Positions 50,906-64,000 of a stretch of DNA of 64,000 nt are shown here, one piece after another (positions within the stretch are counted from its first letter, which is position 1; every line of letters starts with the position of its first letter). Below the pieces are notes generated by a model. That model ran no database searches. It was not told where the DNA came from and saw only the letters and a list, made by a program, of their open reading frames with translations. The position numbers and the translations under genes were made by a program. Source of the DNA: Raillietiella orientalis (Eukaryota). Location: NCBI GenBank assembly GCA_036172245.1, contig JAYWIR010000058.1:248001-312000 (forward strand). Direction: 5' to 3'.

Positions 50906-53114
50906 ATGTCCCAACATCTTAAAAGTGCTGTGCCGAAATTAATAACATGGACATATCCAAAACGGTTGTACTGTACAACGTAAGTACGTAAGAATCGCGG
51001 TTCATTTTGTGGTGTAATGATCAGCGGTTTTTTGTAACTGATTAAGCTTATCCTTTTATTCACTGTGTTCTTTTATGATGAAACATAGTAGTAACTAAAG
51101 TATGTCGCCAAAAAACAGTCTTAAAGTATTACAGATTTTCTTTTATTCCTGCACGTATCCCATCTAATTAGAGTTAGCATTAGGTTAATTATTGTATGAA
51201 CGTGAAGTACAGCTACTAGAAATATGGTGTTTTCCGTATAGCAGTTGGGGTTAGATTTTTCCAGATAATTACTTTATAGTTTTTGGTTTTACGAATTTGA
51301 ATTCTAATGTGTAACTTTTGGAAATTTAGCAGATGGTGGAATAAGGTTGAGTTGGGACCTCCTGATCCTATTTTGGGAATCACAGAAGCATATAAAAAAG
51401 ATACAAATCCTCTGAAAATCAATCTGGGCGTAGGAGCATACAGAGATGATGAAGGAAAGCCATATGTTCTGGAATGTGTCAAAGAGGTACGGATATCATA
51501 AGTTATATTAGATGAACATTATTGGTTGTGAATGAGATAACTCTCAAAAGAAAGTCTGGTAACAGCATTTATATTCTGTAATTAGCCAGTAAACACTAGT
51601 TGATTTATGGTAATGATTATTTGTGCCAGGGGTGAAGATAACTTTAATTTGCCACAAATTTCTGTGTTAGGTGAAAATGATGTACTTACATATTGGCAGG
51701 TGGAGGTTTTAACCTCTGCCCTGTTCCAAATACAAATTAAACATCATGAAATATGTATTTTCGAGGCAGTTTGAAATCAAAATTAATAACTATGTCTGGT
51801 TCTGAGAAAAATGTATGCTGCTGGGTATTCATGTTTTGTATCTTAATGTTCTTGTATAGTAAAAGTTCTTAATCCCGTTTAAATATATGGAGTTTATTGT
51901 TTTATTTCTGGGGTTTAAAATTTTTATTGGCATCATGTCTGTTAGGCAGAAAAGTTGTTGGAAAGCTTGCACCTTGATAAAGAATATCTTCCCATTGCTG
52001 GATATGCAGAATTCTGCAAAGAAGCCATCAGTTTGGCCCTAGGAGAAAATAACACCTCGTTATCCAAAAAACTGGTCTGTTTTTTTGTTTTGTGCCATTA
52101 CTGGAAATGTTCTTTAGAATGCTACAGTGCAAGGGTTATCAGGAACTGGATCATTACGTATTGGTGCTGCATTTATTAGCAAATTCTTCCAAGGGAACAA
52201 AGTTGTGTATCTGCCAAAACCATCTTGGGGAAACCATACACCTATTTTTAGTCATGCAGGACTGCAAGTGCAATCCTATCGTTATTATGATCCTACAAAC
52301 TGTGGATTTGATTTTGAGGGTGCTCTTGAAGATATTGCTGTGAGCTTTAACCACTCTTATAGATAACGATCTTTAGAAAATTCCAGAAAAATCTGTGATT
52401 GTGTTACATGCCTGTGCACATAATCCTACAGGTGTTGATCCCAAACTGAGCCATTGGGCTGAGCTAAGTAAGCTAATCAAAAAGCAGCAGTTGTTTCCCT
52501 TTTTTGATATGGCCTACCAAGGCTTCGCATCAGGAGATCCCGATGAAGATGCAGCAGCTGTAAGGCTCTTCCTTGAAGAGGATCATTGTTTGGCATTGTC
52601 CCAATCTTTTGCCAAAAATATGGGACTGTACGGTGGGTTGGATTCAGACAAGCTTTGTTTATAATTGGATATAGGTGAAAGAGTGGGAGCATTTACTTTA
52701 ATGTGTGCCACTCCTGATGAGGTTTCTCGGGTTCTCTCTCAGTTAAAGATACTTATCAGACCTATGTATTCAAATCCACCTATCCATGGTGTGAGAATTG
52801 CACACCTAATTCTTACCGACAAGACTCTTAGAAAGATGTGGTCTGAAGAGGTGAAGAAGATGGCAAAACGTATAAAATCAATGAGAACCAAACTAAGAGA
52901 AGGGCTACAAAAACGGGGATCATCAAGAAGCTGGGTGCACATCACTGATCAAATTGGCATGTTTTGCTATACAGGAATGACTCCAGAGCAAGTGGATAGA
53001 CTAACCAAGGAATTCAGTATTTATTTAACCCGAGATGGACGAATTTCAGTAGCTGGTATTACTTCCACTAATGTGGATTACTTGACTGATGCCATTCACC
53101 AAGTCACTAGCTGA
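50906..53114 (+). CDS. GOT2: Mitochondrial aspartate aminotransferase, 6 exons
   Basis: Exons 50906-50979 (basic transit-peptide-like), 51330(or 51333)-51486, 51946-52074, 52118-52339, 52377-52632, 52675-53114. Motifs [47 protein letters not shown] lysine [22 protein letters not shown]. Confidence 0.97.
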
Positions 53115-53164
53115 TATTGTATCTTTTGACAATAAGATGCAATGTTTTTGACAATAAAAATCAT

Positions 53165-55109
53165 TTAAGGATAGCGTTTATAGACATTGACAAATGAAGG
53201 AATCTGATATCTAGTCTTATCAATTTCATAACCTTCAAATGTTATTGATGGCTTGTCAAAAGGGTGCATATCCTCCACATACAAATCTTCAGGCAGAGGT
53301 GTCTCTTCATCTTCGGGATACCAGGTTGGAAAAGGAGGAGGAGTAGCTGCTTTTCTACATTGGAAAAACAAAATTACAGCCATTGGATATTCTGAGCAAA
53401 CTTGATACCTGCAAGGCAGCACAGTATCATGGATGTACACATATGCATTGGTGGGACCTGGCACAGCAGGTCCTAACACCCATAACACATTAAGCTTGGT
53501 ATTTATACGTATAATTCGCTGTCCCCGAAGAGTACGTCTCTCAAAACCCATTCTACCAGGCATTTTGGTGCCTGGCCAAACCCTTCCCTTTTCACCTCCC
53601 CCCCCTATGTTTCCTCCACGTCTATGACTTTTAGTCACCCCATGGCTAGCTGGCAATCCAGAAAATCCCCAGCGTTTCATGACTCCTTGATGACCACGGT
53701 CAATCCTGGGTATAAATTCCTGCAAGGATATAAAATACAGATCTTTCTTACGTTCGCCCAAATATGTCCACCACATCTCCAACACGAAAATGATTAGCAT
53801 ACAAAGGAGTTCCTGGCTGAAGAGCTGCATTAGGAGTAATCCGAAATCGAGTCAGTACTCTTTTAGGCATCAACCCTGATTCTACAAACAGGCTGCAATA
53901 GTTTTTGGTAAACTAAAATCAATTCATTTGTATTTATTCTTTTTGCAGTTTCCTACCAAGCAAGGATCTGAGCTCTCAGCACCCACTAGCAAACATCCTA
54001 AAACTGCAGTCTGCGTTTTTTTATAATGTCGAAGCTCACCAGGTGATAGCATTTCACTATATTCTTCTGGTGAATAATACCTGATCACATGATTGTCAAC
54101 AACCTATAAGACAGAAACAGTTCCAATACTTTATTTCGCAGTGCTCATAAAACAATGCTAGAACATGGCCAACCTGAAGTAATGTAGACAAATAACGCTT
54201 TCCTTCTTTATCCCAAATGGGATAAATGCCTAATTTTTTGGCTATTATTCCACATCTTACAGACTTTGCTTCCCATGTTCCTCTGGGCCAAGGAGGTTCC
54301 TTTAAGGGAGATATGACTGGTTGGCATGCACCTCCAATTACTGTAGGTGCATAACCAAACTGATCTTTAACTACTTCCTCCAGAAATTCTTCATTTTCTT
54401 TTGTCAGATTCTCTTCAAAATGCTAGAAGAGCATTTTATGATCACACATGCTGTTTTTTTGAATGACAGTGATAGCAAAGTATGTCACAACTATGATCCA
54501 GCACATTACTTTTATTTCAAATGAAATTTTTGACGATTTATTCTGTCTTCATCTAATAGAACACTAAGCAATGAAGAAACTAATAGTGAATTTATTTAAA
54601 TTTAATCTAATTTCTGTAACATGAATAGGGTTTGGGAAGTAATCACCTTTCTAGTTTTTGGAACATGCCAAAAAGGTGGAAATAGCAGTCTTCTCTTTAT
54701 TTTCTTTCTCTTCCACCGCTTTTGTATCGAGAATCTACAAAATTAAGGTGGCAAATACAAACTGCAGGGCATTTCAAATGATTCAAATGTTTTTAAGATA
54801 TTCACTTTGTGATACATATAAAATGTTCAAATCACTTAACCAAAAGCAATTAACAATTAAGTATTATGGAATTTTTGATTCACACATAAATCAAAACTTA
54901 TTTCGAAGAAACACGTATATTGTAAATTAACTAAAATTTGGGTGTACAACCTGATACTATTGTATGAGGTACTTCAAACATACTAACCCAGAACCATTAG
55001 AGTATAGTAAATCCTGGAAGATTACATCATTATGTCCTGAATCTACTATTCCCTTCATAACTGATGATCTTGAGCAAGCTCTGGACAAAAATTTTGCAAG
55101 GCATTCCAT
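53165..55109 (-). CDS. MRPL3: Mitochondrial large-subunit ribosomal protein L3, 7 coding exons
   Basis: Exons 55109-54988 (least certain), 54734-54647, 54422-54174, 54103-53957, 53912-53752, 53705-53409, 53354-53165. All GT-AG. Motifs KLGIYPIW, PGTPLYANHFRVG, GHQGVMKRWGF, HGVTKSHRR, VWPGTKMPGRMG, PPPFPTW. Confidence 0.95.
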
Positions 55110-58100
55110 GATATTCACTTATAAGAAAAATACTTTTACATAACTTAAAATATATTTTAGATTAAAAATTTCCAGAAATCCTGTAAATCCATGTTGCTAA
55201 AGTGAGTAAAAAAAATGATGTTGATTCTTCTCGTTGATTTTCTACCTCCATCCAATGGAGAAAATCATTTTTTTTTTTTACATTAAGAATCAGCACAACG
55301 TCAATTATTAACGAGACTTTTTTTTCCTAATATGCACAAAATGCACTACTAACATAACTTCAATACCAGAGAACTATTTTACATTAAAACAATGATAAAC
55401 CCTGATAGTTTACAGGAAAAATCAATGCACGAGACCTACCGACAAATGGGAATTCAACAAATTAGAAGTTCATACGAAACATACTAGAAGTTTATATAAA
55501 CTTCTAATGTCCTTCTTGAAATTTATAGCAAACAGTTTATAACTGTTTATAATATATTACATAACTATTATATATACATTATATAACTGTTTCTTATAAA
55601 TTTGAAAGTTAAATTATTCTTAAAAATTATCAAAATTTTTGACTTGTAATAGATAACAGATCACGTCTATGGAATATCGTGTAACATTAAATTTTTATCT
55701 TGATTTCAAGAAAAGTTTTGAATAACAAATCTTGCATTTGGCAAGTCCCAACAATAAGGCTATATGGTTCACTAACAAGGAAGAAACCAAAATTAATCTT
55801 TGTTAACTAAAACTACGTTAAACTAAAACTTCGACTACAAGTCTGCAGTTCCAATTCTTATAATTATTCATTTTTCCAGTGCTATTTTTTAACGATCACA
55901 TTCTTGTCTAGGCATGAATTTACCAACAGTACACTTTTTCCCTCCGGAACATGCCTCGACTCTGATAACATTTCCTTTAATCAGTATATGGTTTTGTATT
56001 TCCGATTATTTAATTGAAAAAGGTACGTATTTTATCGATGATGGATCCAAAATAAACATTATAACGTTCTAGTTCTTTACTGCTCATCGTCCTTTCAGCT
56101 CCGACTTGCAAATCAATCTTTTTCGGTCATCACAAATCTTTTTAATATTTGCAGACAGCGAGACTTGAGTCTTTCAATTTGGGAGGATTTGCTTTGAAGG
56201 GAAATCTTATACATGTATGTATGTATTTCTTTGTGTGGATGTATATATATACAGGGAGAGAGAATCAGAGATGGAGTATGAAGAGTATATATATATACTG
56301 CACAAAGAAAGATTACGTATTTCTCCCTGTATTCTGTAGAGTACATCATATATGAATATCGACCCTCTGATTTGGTTTCTTGTGTCGCTGATTTCGACCT
56401 CTAGACCAAATTTCAATAATTCATATGTCAAATTTCTAGCAATTTTTTAAAGGAATTCCAAAATATAGTTGTCTTATATTTATATTTCTAGAAATTCGAC
56501 TTTTGTACCTATGTATTATTTGCAACTTATCAGAAGACCAATCCTGTTGATCTAATAAAGAAAAAAAATTCTATGCTTGAATTTTTGCTCTGATCTGAAA
56601 ATGGTTGCATTTTTTAGTTTTTGGGGAAATTGAATACAATTTAATCCGCTAATCCGATTTACTTACTAAAGCATTTCTTGACCTTTGAAGACGTGATTAC
56701 ACATAAAAGACAAAAGGTTACAAATGTTCTGCACATTCTTTGTGTAGCATGGTTTCAAGGATTATTATATTTCCCATACCTGGGAAATATCGTGTATATT
56801 CATTTTGTTTGTCGTAGAAGAATTAATATACTATGGAAAGATAATGATAGACCTTCGGAGACCACTCATTCTCATGCTGAATATCAACAATATTTAAAAT
56901 GATCATGAATATTTGAACAAAAAGACAAGATGGAATGAGCAATAAAAATCAAAAATTATACTTCTTATGCAATCATTCTACTATGAAAGAAACTGAAGGA
57001 TTTCATACTTTTAAATAGACAAACATCAAATGAATTATGCATTTTGAAAATCTAACATTTCATACATTCGAATTTTCATGCATAAACGAGAAAGAAAACT
57101 AGGAAATGCTTACTCTTTTCTTTACTCATTGTATTGCGTTAATGAATAAAAAATTATGAAAAAAATTATACTGTAGTATACTTTCATTCAGTTTCAGCAT
57201 GATATAATTGTTCAAATACTTATGCCTACGCTAAAGTATATGTGGTTATGTTCGATTTTTGACCAAAAATTCACAGAAGATTATCATTACCTTCGCAATT
57301 GTGGCGAAATTTTAGGGATGGTGATTCAAATCAGAATTTAAGAATAACATTATGAGAACAGAACGAATGAGAATCGAGTCCAGGTATTCTACTCCCATGA
57401 GTTTGCTGGAGTTCTCATTCTTATATTAAAAGGTAGCGAACATAATCCGACCTCTAGAGAAAGCTTATGTCTCTAAATAGTCATTCTGTCTAAGTAAAAA
57501 TCTACGGCAGTTTTTTCAAACGAATAAAAGTATTATATAAACAAGGGACATTATTTATTTTTCCAGTTGTGATATCCTTCAGTGGTTTCTAAATATAATG
57601 CTGAACCTTTATCAGTATCTTGTTTCAATTAATAAGCTTTGTTTGTCAAAAGCCCATGCGTATCCGCAGCCATAGTTACAACCTTCTTCATTTATAGGAA
57701 TAAGGAAATAAATGTCGAGAGATTCCTTTATTAAGAAGTTGAAAATCTTCACTCCAAAAAACAGAGATATCCGGACTCTCAGTAATTTTTCTCTGCTGAT
57801 GGATGTGTCTTTACAAAGAATCAGGCTAGCTCTATTAATATGGCAACTATAATACCAATATGTGAACATTTTCTGTCATTACTTCAATGTACTGATAGAA
57901 TACTGATATATTATTATACATCATAAGTTCTGATGCAGACATTATTCCATCTAGTGCTTCATACAAATCAATTTTCAATCTTCATCTGGCTTTTATTTCT
58001 TTCTGAAAGATTACATAATCCGATGCTATTGTATTATGCTATTTCCGTTTCCTTCGTTCCCATTCCTACTATAAATACAGATGTCCTGTTGAGTACTTAA

Positions 58101-58299
58101 ATTTCAATTTAAAATCTTCACGTTTTGGACTTTCCTTCGTCGAGCAAAAAGTTTATATCAGTGACAATAAGCAAACCCACATAGGGTGCAATTTTAATTA
58201 ATTTAATAAATCAACGTTCTTAAATTTATAGTTTTAGCACTATTTAGCTTCTAAATTATTGTACTTGCATCTTCCAAATTCTACCACACTTAGAGTGAT

Positions 58300-59910
58300 T
58301 CATGTTTTAATCATAGTTTTGATGATAAATGACTATCCCAAACTTTAAAAGCGCGGCGAACGTGATGAACCTGGAAGAAAACTGGATCTCCGACCTGCCA
58401 AAGCTGTGACTAGACTCTCTTACAATCACTGATATAGAATTTCAAGTTGCTTTTGATGATAACAGTTCAAAACTGGATCTTTTTAGTTCTTCAGCATCCG
58501 CAGAGGGGATTGCAAACTTCCAACTATTTCCGTTACTGCACTGTGAACCAGAAGAATTTAACTATCTTTTAATCCACAAGTTCAATCCTGGCTTCAAAAC
58601 CAATTCTTTGATACAACGATTGCTGTAATAAAACGAAGGAAAGTAATACGAGAACCTCGAGGAGCAGAAAGTACCAAGATATTTGTTATGCTGTCTCAAG
58701 TAAAATCATTCAAAATCAAACACACAATGATGAATAGTCATTCAAATTATGAACGAGAATCACCTCAGATTACAAGCTCTTCTCTTGAACAACTTTATAA
58801 ACCACTGATGAAGTAGTTTCCACAGACGAGTAAGGGAAATATTCCACTTAACAAAAACAATTATGAAAAAGCAACCACGCTAAACTTTAATAACAGTGAT
58901 CATGAAGTTGAAAAGCCTTTAAAGAAAGGAATTCAATATTAGCCATATTATTACGAAGAGTTGATCAAAACACAGCTCAATATACCAAAAAGGAAATGCT
59001 TCCACGGCTCTTGAAAATCTTGCTTCTGTTTCTGTTCTAATTTGTTTTTGGTTTCTCATTCTATTTCCTAAAAACAGTTTGCTCTTGTGAAGATAAACCC
59101 AAAGATTGGAGGCAAAAAGTCTCAGAACCTATTATACTCAAACACATGGCGGAGAATCTTTAGTGCTTGAAAATATGTTTCCTTTTTAAAGAACATGGCT
59201 ACGTTTTTCTTGTTAATATAAAAGCCTTCGAATGTACGAATCACTTTATCACCATTATGAAATGCAAAAAGCCACAAAACTCTTCTATTTCTTACACGAT
59301 AATGTCCTGCTAAAAGCCATGGCTCATATGAGAAACATCAAAGTTCAGTTTTTCTTTAGCCATATCAGCCGGCCAGATACACCCTCATAGCAATATGACA
59401 AATTCCCAATTGTGAATATTTAAAAAAATTATCCTTGAAACAATAGAATCGATATCTGGAAAGAAGATTTCTGAATCTTAAACATATTCTCTTCACACAG
59501 TGACACCTCAAAACGGGAAGTGTGGACAGCAACAGCAGATTATAAATCTGACTGCGTAATTGTAAATTCTATTTCGATAGAATACTGTAGTAAGATTTAA
59601 TATGATAAGTAGATCCATTTTCAGCAAATACCGGAGAAAGTTTCGATGATTTTGGAAATGGAGATAATGTTTCAATAACCGGTTTGTTTTCTTTCAACAA
59701 AAGAATGTTCAGTGAAGATTCATAGCATGCGTCGGAATAATAATCCTAAAATTAAGGGAATTACAAAATTGCCACCTTTGTTTGCGCTTAAAGATACAAT
59801 TGATACCTTGGATAAGAAGATACTGAAACTTGAAGTAACACAAACGTATCCAATATGTTTTCAGTTGAAAAATAGCCACCTTCTTTTCGACAAGTATATG
59901 AAATGAAAGA
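58300..59910 (+). mobile_element. Possible very decayed Jockey/I-like LINE
   Basis: SDH (~58895), QSSV (~59340, QGS-like) and a short 3' ORF remnant at 59712-59906. Weak and fragmentary. Confidence 0.22.
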
Positions 59911-62900
59911 GACTGTCGTAAAAGATAATTAAAAAAATAGTTTATTTTTTTGTTTGCTTCTCTCAAAAGATGACCATTAGTTCATCATTTTTAGAATTAC
60001 GTCCTTGGTTTCTATTTAAGGGAAGTTTTCCTAGTTCTTTAAGGAGACACAAGAAAATACTTGCAAAGGTTTTTATGCTTAAGTATGAAACCTTCTCTGT
60101 TTGTGTGTTTTTGTTTTCAATTTTAAATATGTAATGTTGTATGAAAGTTTACAACTAGAAAAAACAATCAGATGAAATATAATTTCAGTGGGACGAAAAG
60201 TGCCGATATTATACTTTTAACTTCTCAAGTATTTTATTTATGGCAAAAGTGGCATCAAAAAATAGTTCCTACTTAAGATGTATATTTCATATAGCCTTTT
60301 GCATATAACATTCATCATTTTGTACTCTTAAGAGCGAATTAATAAAATAGTCGTTTATCTATTATAAAAAATATATGATATCTATATTCAGAATTTGAAT
60401 GTTTTTAATGCTGCCATGATTTAATATAGCGCATTTTTTTAATGACAAAGTTTCACAGTCTGTTCTTTTCATTTTAATTTTGTATTGGATTATTTGTATG
60501 GCATCAAATTTATTTGATAAGAATTTAAATTTAATGCTAATTATGAATTTCTAAATGCATAATTGTTTCTCATGCATTTATAAGTAATACATCATTCATC
60601 GTTTTTTCGAACTTTAAACTTCATGGATTCAGTAAGAGAAAAGTATATGATTTCTTTGAACACTTGTCTTAATTATCTAGTTTTAATACAAAATTTACAC
60701 GTCCTGTATTGAAATCGTATCTAAAATAACTAAACTTCTCAAGGCTTTGTGTTTATATATATCCTAATAGTGTATCTACAGATCTCTGAAATTGGAGGAG
60801 GTTCGTGATAATCATACTATATCAAAGATCCTGATGAAGTATGCTCTATAGATCTCAAGACGAGAAGATTTAAAGGAATGCATCGATTCACGGGTTATGT
60901 TTATGTTGTTGGTAGTAGTCAGCAATGTTCTTCATTTGCACTTTTTTTTATTCAATAAATCTCAATGAATATAAGATGAACTAGAAATAACATTTTCTTC
61001 AGATTAGTCGACAAGTACGTACTTTGTGTAAATGTTTGCTATTCTTCTATGTCCTTTATATTTTGGCTCTTAATTCCAACATATGCAATTTTGTTGTCAT
61101 TAGATTTTCAACTGATATATCCTGAATCTAATGCAAGTATGCCATGAGGTCTATAGAGTTCCCAATTACTTTTTATTGTTTTGATCTCATACTCTTAAAA
61201 GTGCCATGGAGATAAATGTAGAAACCATTGAATTAGTGTCTTTAAATGTTGTATATTTCTATCATCAGTACGTTTCGAATTTCGGATCATACAAATTCTG
61301 ATTTTAAGATATGTAGAAAGTGTGCACTGCAAATTTCTATTGAGATATACATTAAATGAAAGCTCAGTTTAAGAGTTATGCAACCAAATTATTATTTCAT
61401 CATTCGTTTAGCACTGATCACTATTTATGATCATAAGAATATTTAATTAGATTGCTTTTTTTTGCATGCTCCTCGAATAATATCTTTTGAATAGCAAGCT
61501 GAAGAATCGTGAATAGGTGATCTAAGAAGTAAAAAACTCAATTTCATGATTTTATTCATGAACTTTTGAGGGACTGGATACTTTATGAACGTCATATAAC
61601 AAGTATGCTGATGAAAAGACTTGCAGACTTTATTCTGCATGGTAACTGGATACAAAATCTTGGAAACGTTGAACTGAATCTATGATAATTTTGGAACTCT
61701 TCTGTGCATTAATTTTAGTTACATTTTAGTTACACCCACATTTTAGTTACCGCCATAGTATTAGCGGCCATATTAGCAGAAAAACAGTTGTGAGTGGCAA
61801 GTGTGGCAATCTCTACAAGGCGTGAGGAACTGTGCCGAAATTGGGAATTAAAACATTTGCTTAGTCTATTTGCGTTAAGTAATCATATTTTAGAATGCTC
61901 GTGAAGACGTAAAATATTTTGCGAAAGCATTTATGTAGATACGTATTCAGAACATATTATTCATTTATGTTTTATTTGCCATCTATGTTAATTATCTTTC
62001 ACGAACTGTAATATGTTTTGAAGTCCGTATGTTTCCTTTCGATTATGTAATACTTGTGATGTAGTGCTTAAAGTAAGCCCTTTTTTTTTTTTTTTGCTAA
62101 TGTGAAGCAAGAGCCCTCGTTCAAGCTCACCATAAAAACATGTTGAATTGAAGTCCACAACGTAGTTCAACGACAAATTGAAAAAAGGGTTATGACTTGA
62201 ATTTTGGTGCTTTTGTAGGAATAGAATCATGCTTACGGGTTTCATGTTCGGGTACTCATTAATTATTAGATGCAGTATTTTCAATCCATCTGTAAGCTAG
62301 CAAATAAAATAGTTAACCGCTTAAAGAAAGTTCTTTTCTGTGGTACCATATAAAATGGTTAACATGGAATGATTTGTGCTAATTTATAAGCATTTACAGC
62401 AACCACGAAATCCACATCCGTCAAACAGTTAAAAGTATTAACTATTAAAAAACATCAGTTTGAAGCTATGCTGGCTTGCAGTTGAGTTGCATTTGATAAG
62501 TTCTGTATTTTCTGTGTGTTATCTTCGTGAAATTTGAATTTGATATTTGTTTTCGTATCTGATTTTTAAAGATACTTGATTCCACAATTCTGAGTAGTGA
62601 ATTGTTGAGGTGACTTGTGTTTTGAATAAATACGACCAGTGAACTACAAAGTACTTTTAAAACAGTCAAGTTTTATATTTTTGTGATTTAAAAATCTGCA
62701 GTCTTAGGTCAGTGTTTGATATTTTAAAGGGATTGGAAATCGAAGTTTGAAAGTTTAGATTCTTAACAACTTATAATGGCTTGAAAGTTTGCAGGAACTC
62801 CTTTCATTTGTTTTTCTAATTTTTTTTATAAGCAAAATTTCGATGATATTCTGTGAAAATGTGTGCTTTGTTGCATTTTCTAGGCATACCTTCTTTCACA

Positions 62901-64000
62901 GTAATCTACTGTATGCTCCAACATAATTATTAAATGTTTTTTAGATTTTTGTGCCATGTTTTCTTTACATCTAAGGTTGTTTTCTTTTAAGTTTGGATTT
63001 TTTAATTTTTTTTATTTTATTAAATCAAATTTATGCAGAATTTGGAATCAGATGCCGGAGACTTATATGTACTATATCCTATCTTAACGGTATTTCATTG
63101 AACTCGGTAGATGGACGCGTGAACATTCGTAAATTGTATCGTTTGAAGTTCGAAAGTTCCTTATTTTCTTGCATTCTCCAGAATTTTTTTTATTTTTCTT
63201 GGAAATAGGAATATAATCTGATGCATTTCAAGTTGACAAAGTGTAAACATATTTGGCTTAGCGATCTTGTGCACCTGTGTGTGTGTTTTCTTGTGAGAAC
63301 AAATATTTGTACACACAGTATTTAGAATAACATAAGAAAGACTGTCATTCGTCTTGATTTCATCAAAACTAAAATAATTAGTTAATTTATACCACAATTA
63401 TGTATCAGAGATACAAAATTTGCATTGATGTGCTTGATGGCACTGATTCATAAGGTCAAAAAATAGGTAGCTTTGTAGTTTGATTTTTTTAATTTAGTCC
63501 TGTCTTTAAACAAAAACGTTGGTTTAGATAAAGATTTAGTTTTTTGGACTGATGTGCTAGAATAGGAATGAATCACATAAAATTGATAAAGAATTGGCAG
63601 AAGCAAAGTTTGATGAGTTGATCTGAGTTAGAGTATAATAAACAACTAAGATATAATAAACAACTAAAATAATTGGAACTTTTATATTTTTCTAGCACTT
63701 TTGAGAATCTGCTGTTTTTTTATCATGATTTGGAGGGTTTCTTTCAATAGTTCTGTAACATTTTATTGATTTGTACTTTGAGTGTATGATTTTATAAATT
63801 TCATGCTATGTTTTGCAAAAAATTATATCGTGAACGTTTTTCACAAGTTTGTGCTTAGCAATTTGATTCAGCCCTTGACTTTTAAGAGAGAACTTAAGCA
63901 GTTTTTCGGAATACATTTGAATTTGCATGTAACAAATGGTATAGCGATTAGGATTAAGGAAAAGTATTTCTTTCAAAGCATTTTCATAAAACATTTCTTT

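Noticed and set aside
61711..63670. Short tandem duplications (ATTTTAGTTAC x3 near 61711; 18-bp duplication near 63635) as CRISPR-like or satellite
   Set aside because: Only 2-3 copies, no spacers, eukaryotic context; ordinary slippage.
55600..64000. Short ORFs in the AT-rich right end
   Set aside because: Low-complexity Ile/Lys/Phe-rich translations with no motifs or linked splice sites.

Overview
Eukaryotic, intron-containing animal DNA. It is probably arthropod or ecdysozoan, inferred from a gustatory receptor and arthropod-like MRPL3. AT-rich blocks hold tightly packed housekeeping genes: PAFAH1B2/3-like (+), codanin-1 (-), nicastrin (-), a membrane-anchored ENPP4/5-like gene (+), GOT2 (+) and MRPL3 (-). 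I traced all exon structures by hand. Most introns are only 37-54 nt. Nicastrin and codanin-1 are co-oriented 160 nt apart with an unpaired TTTCAG acceptor, a candidate for co-transcription or trans-splicing. A 5'-truncated Utopia/NeSL-like RLE retrotransposon sits between nicastrin and ENPP, with a ~37-bp target duplication that is not U2 snRNA. From ~28 to 48 kb a GC-richer island holds one intact-looking 3-exon gustatory receptor and at least six decayed L1/Tx1-like retrotransposons. Several of these share a structured 3' end, and two meet tail-to-tail in a perfect 26-bp palindrome. No prokaryotic features, CRISPR arrays, rRNA or tRNA genes were seen. All family calls come from motif recognition; no searches were run.
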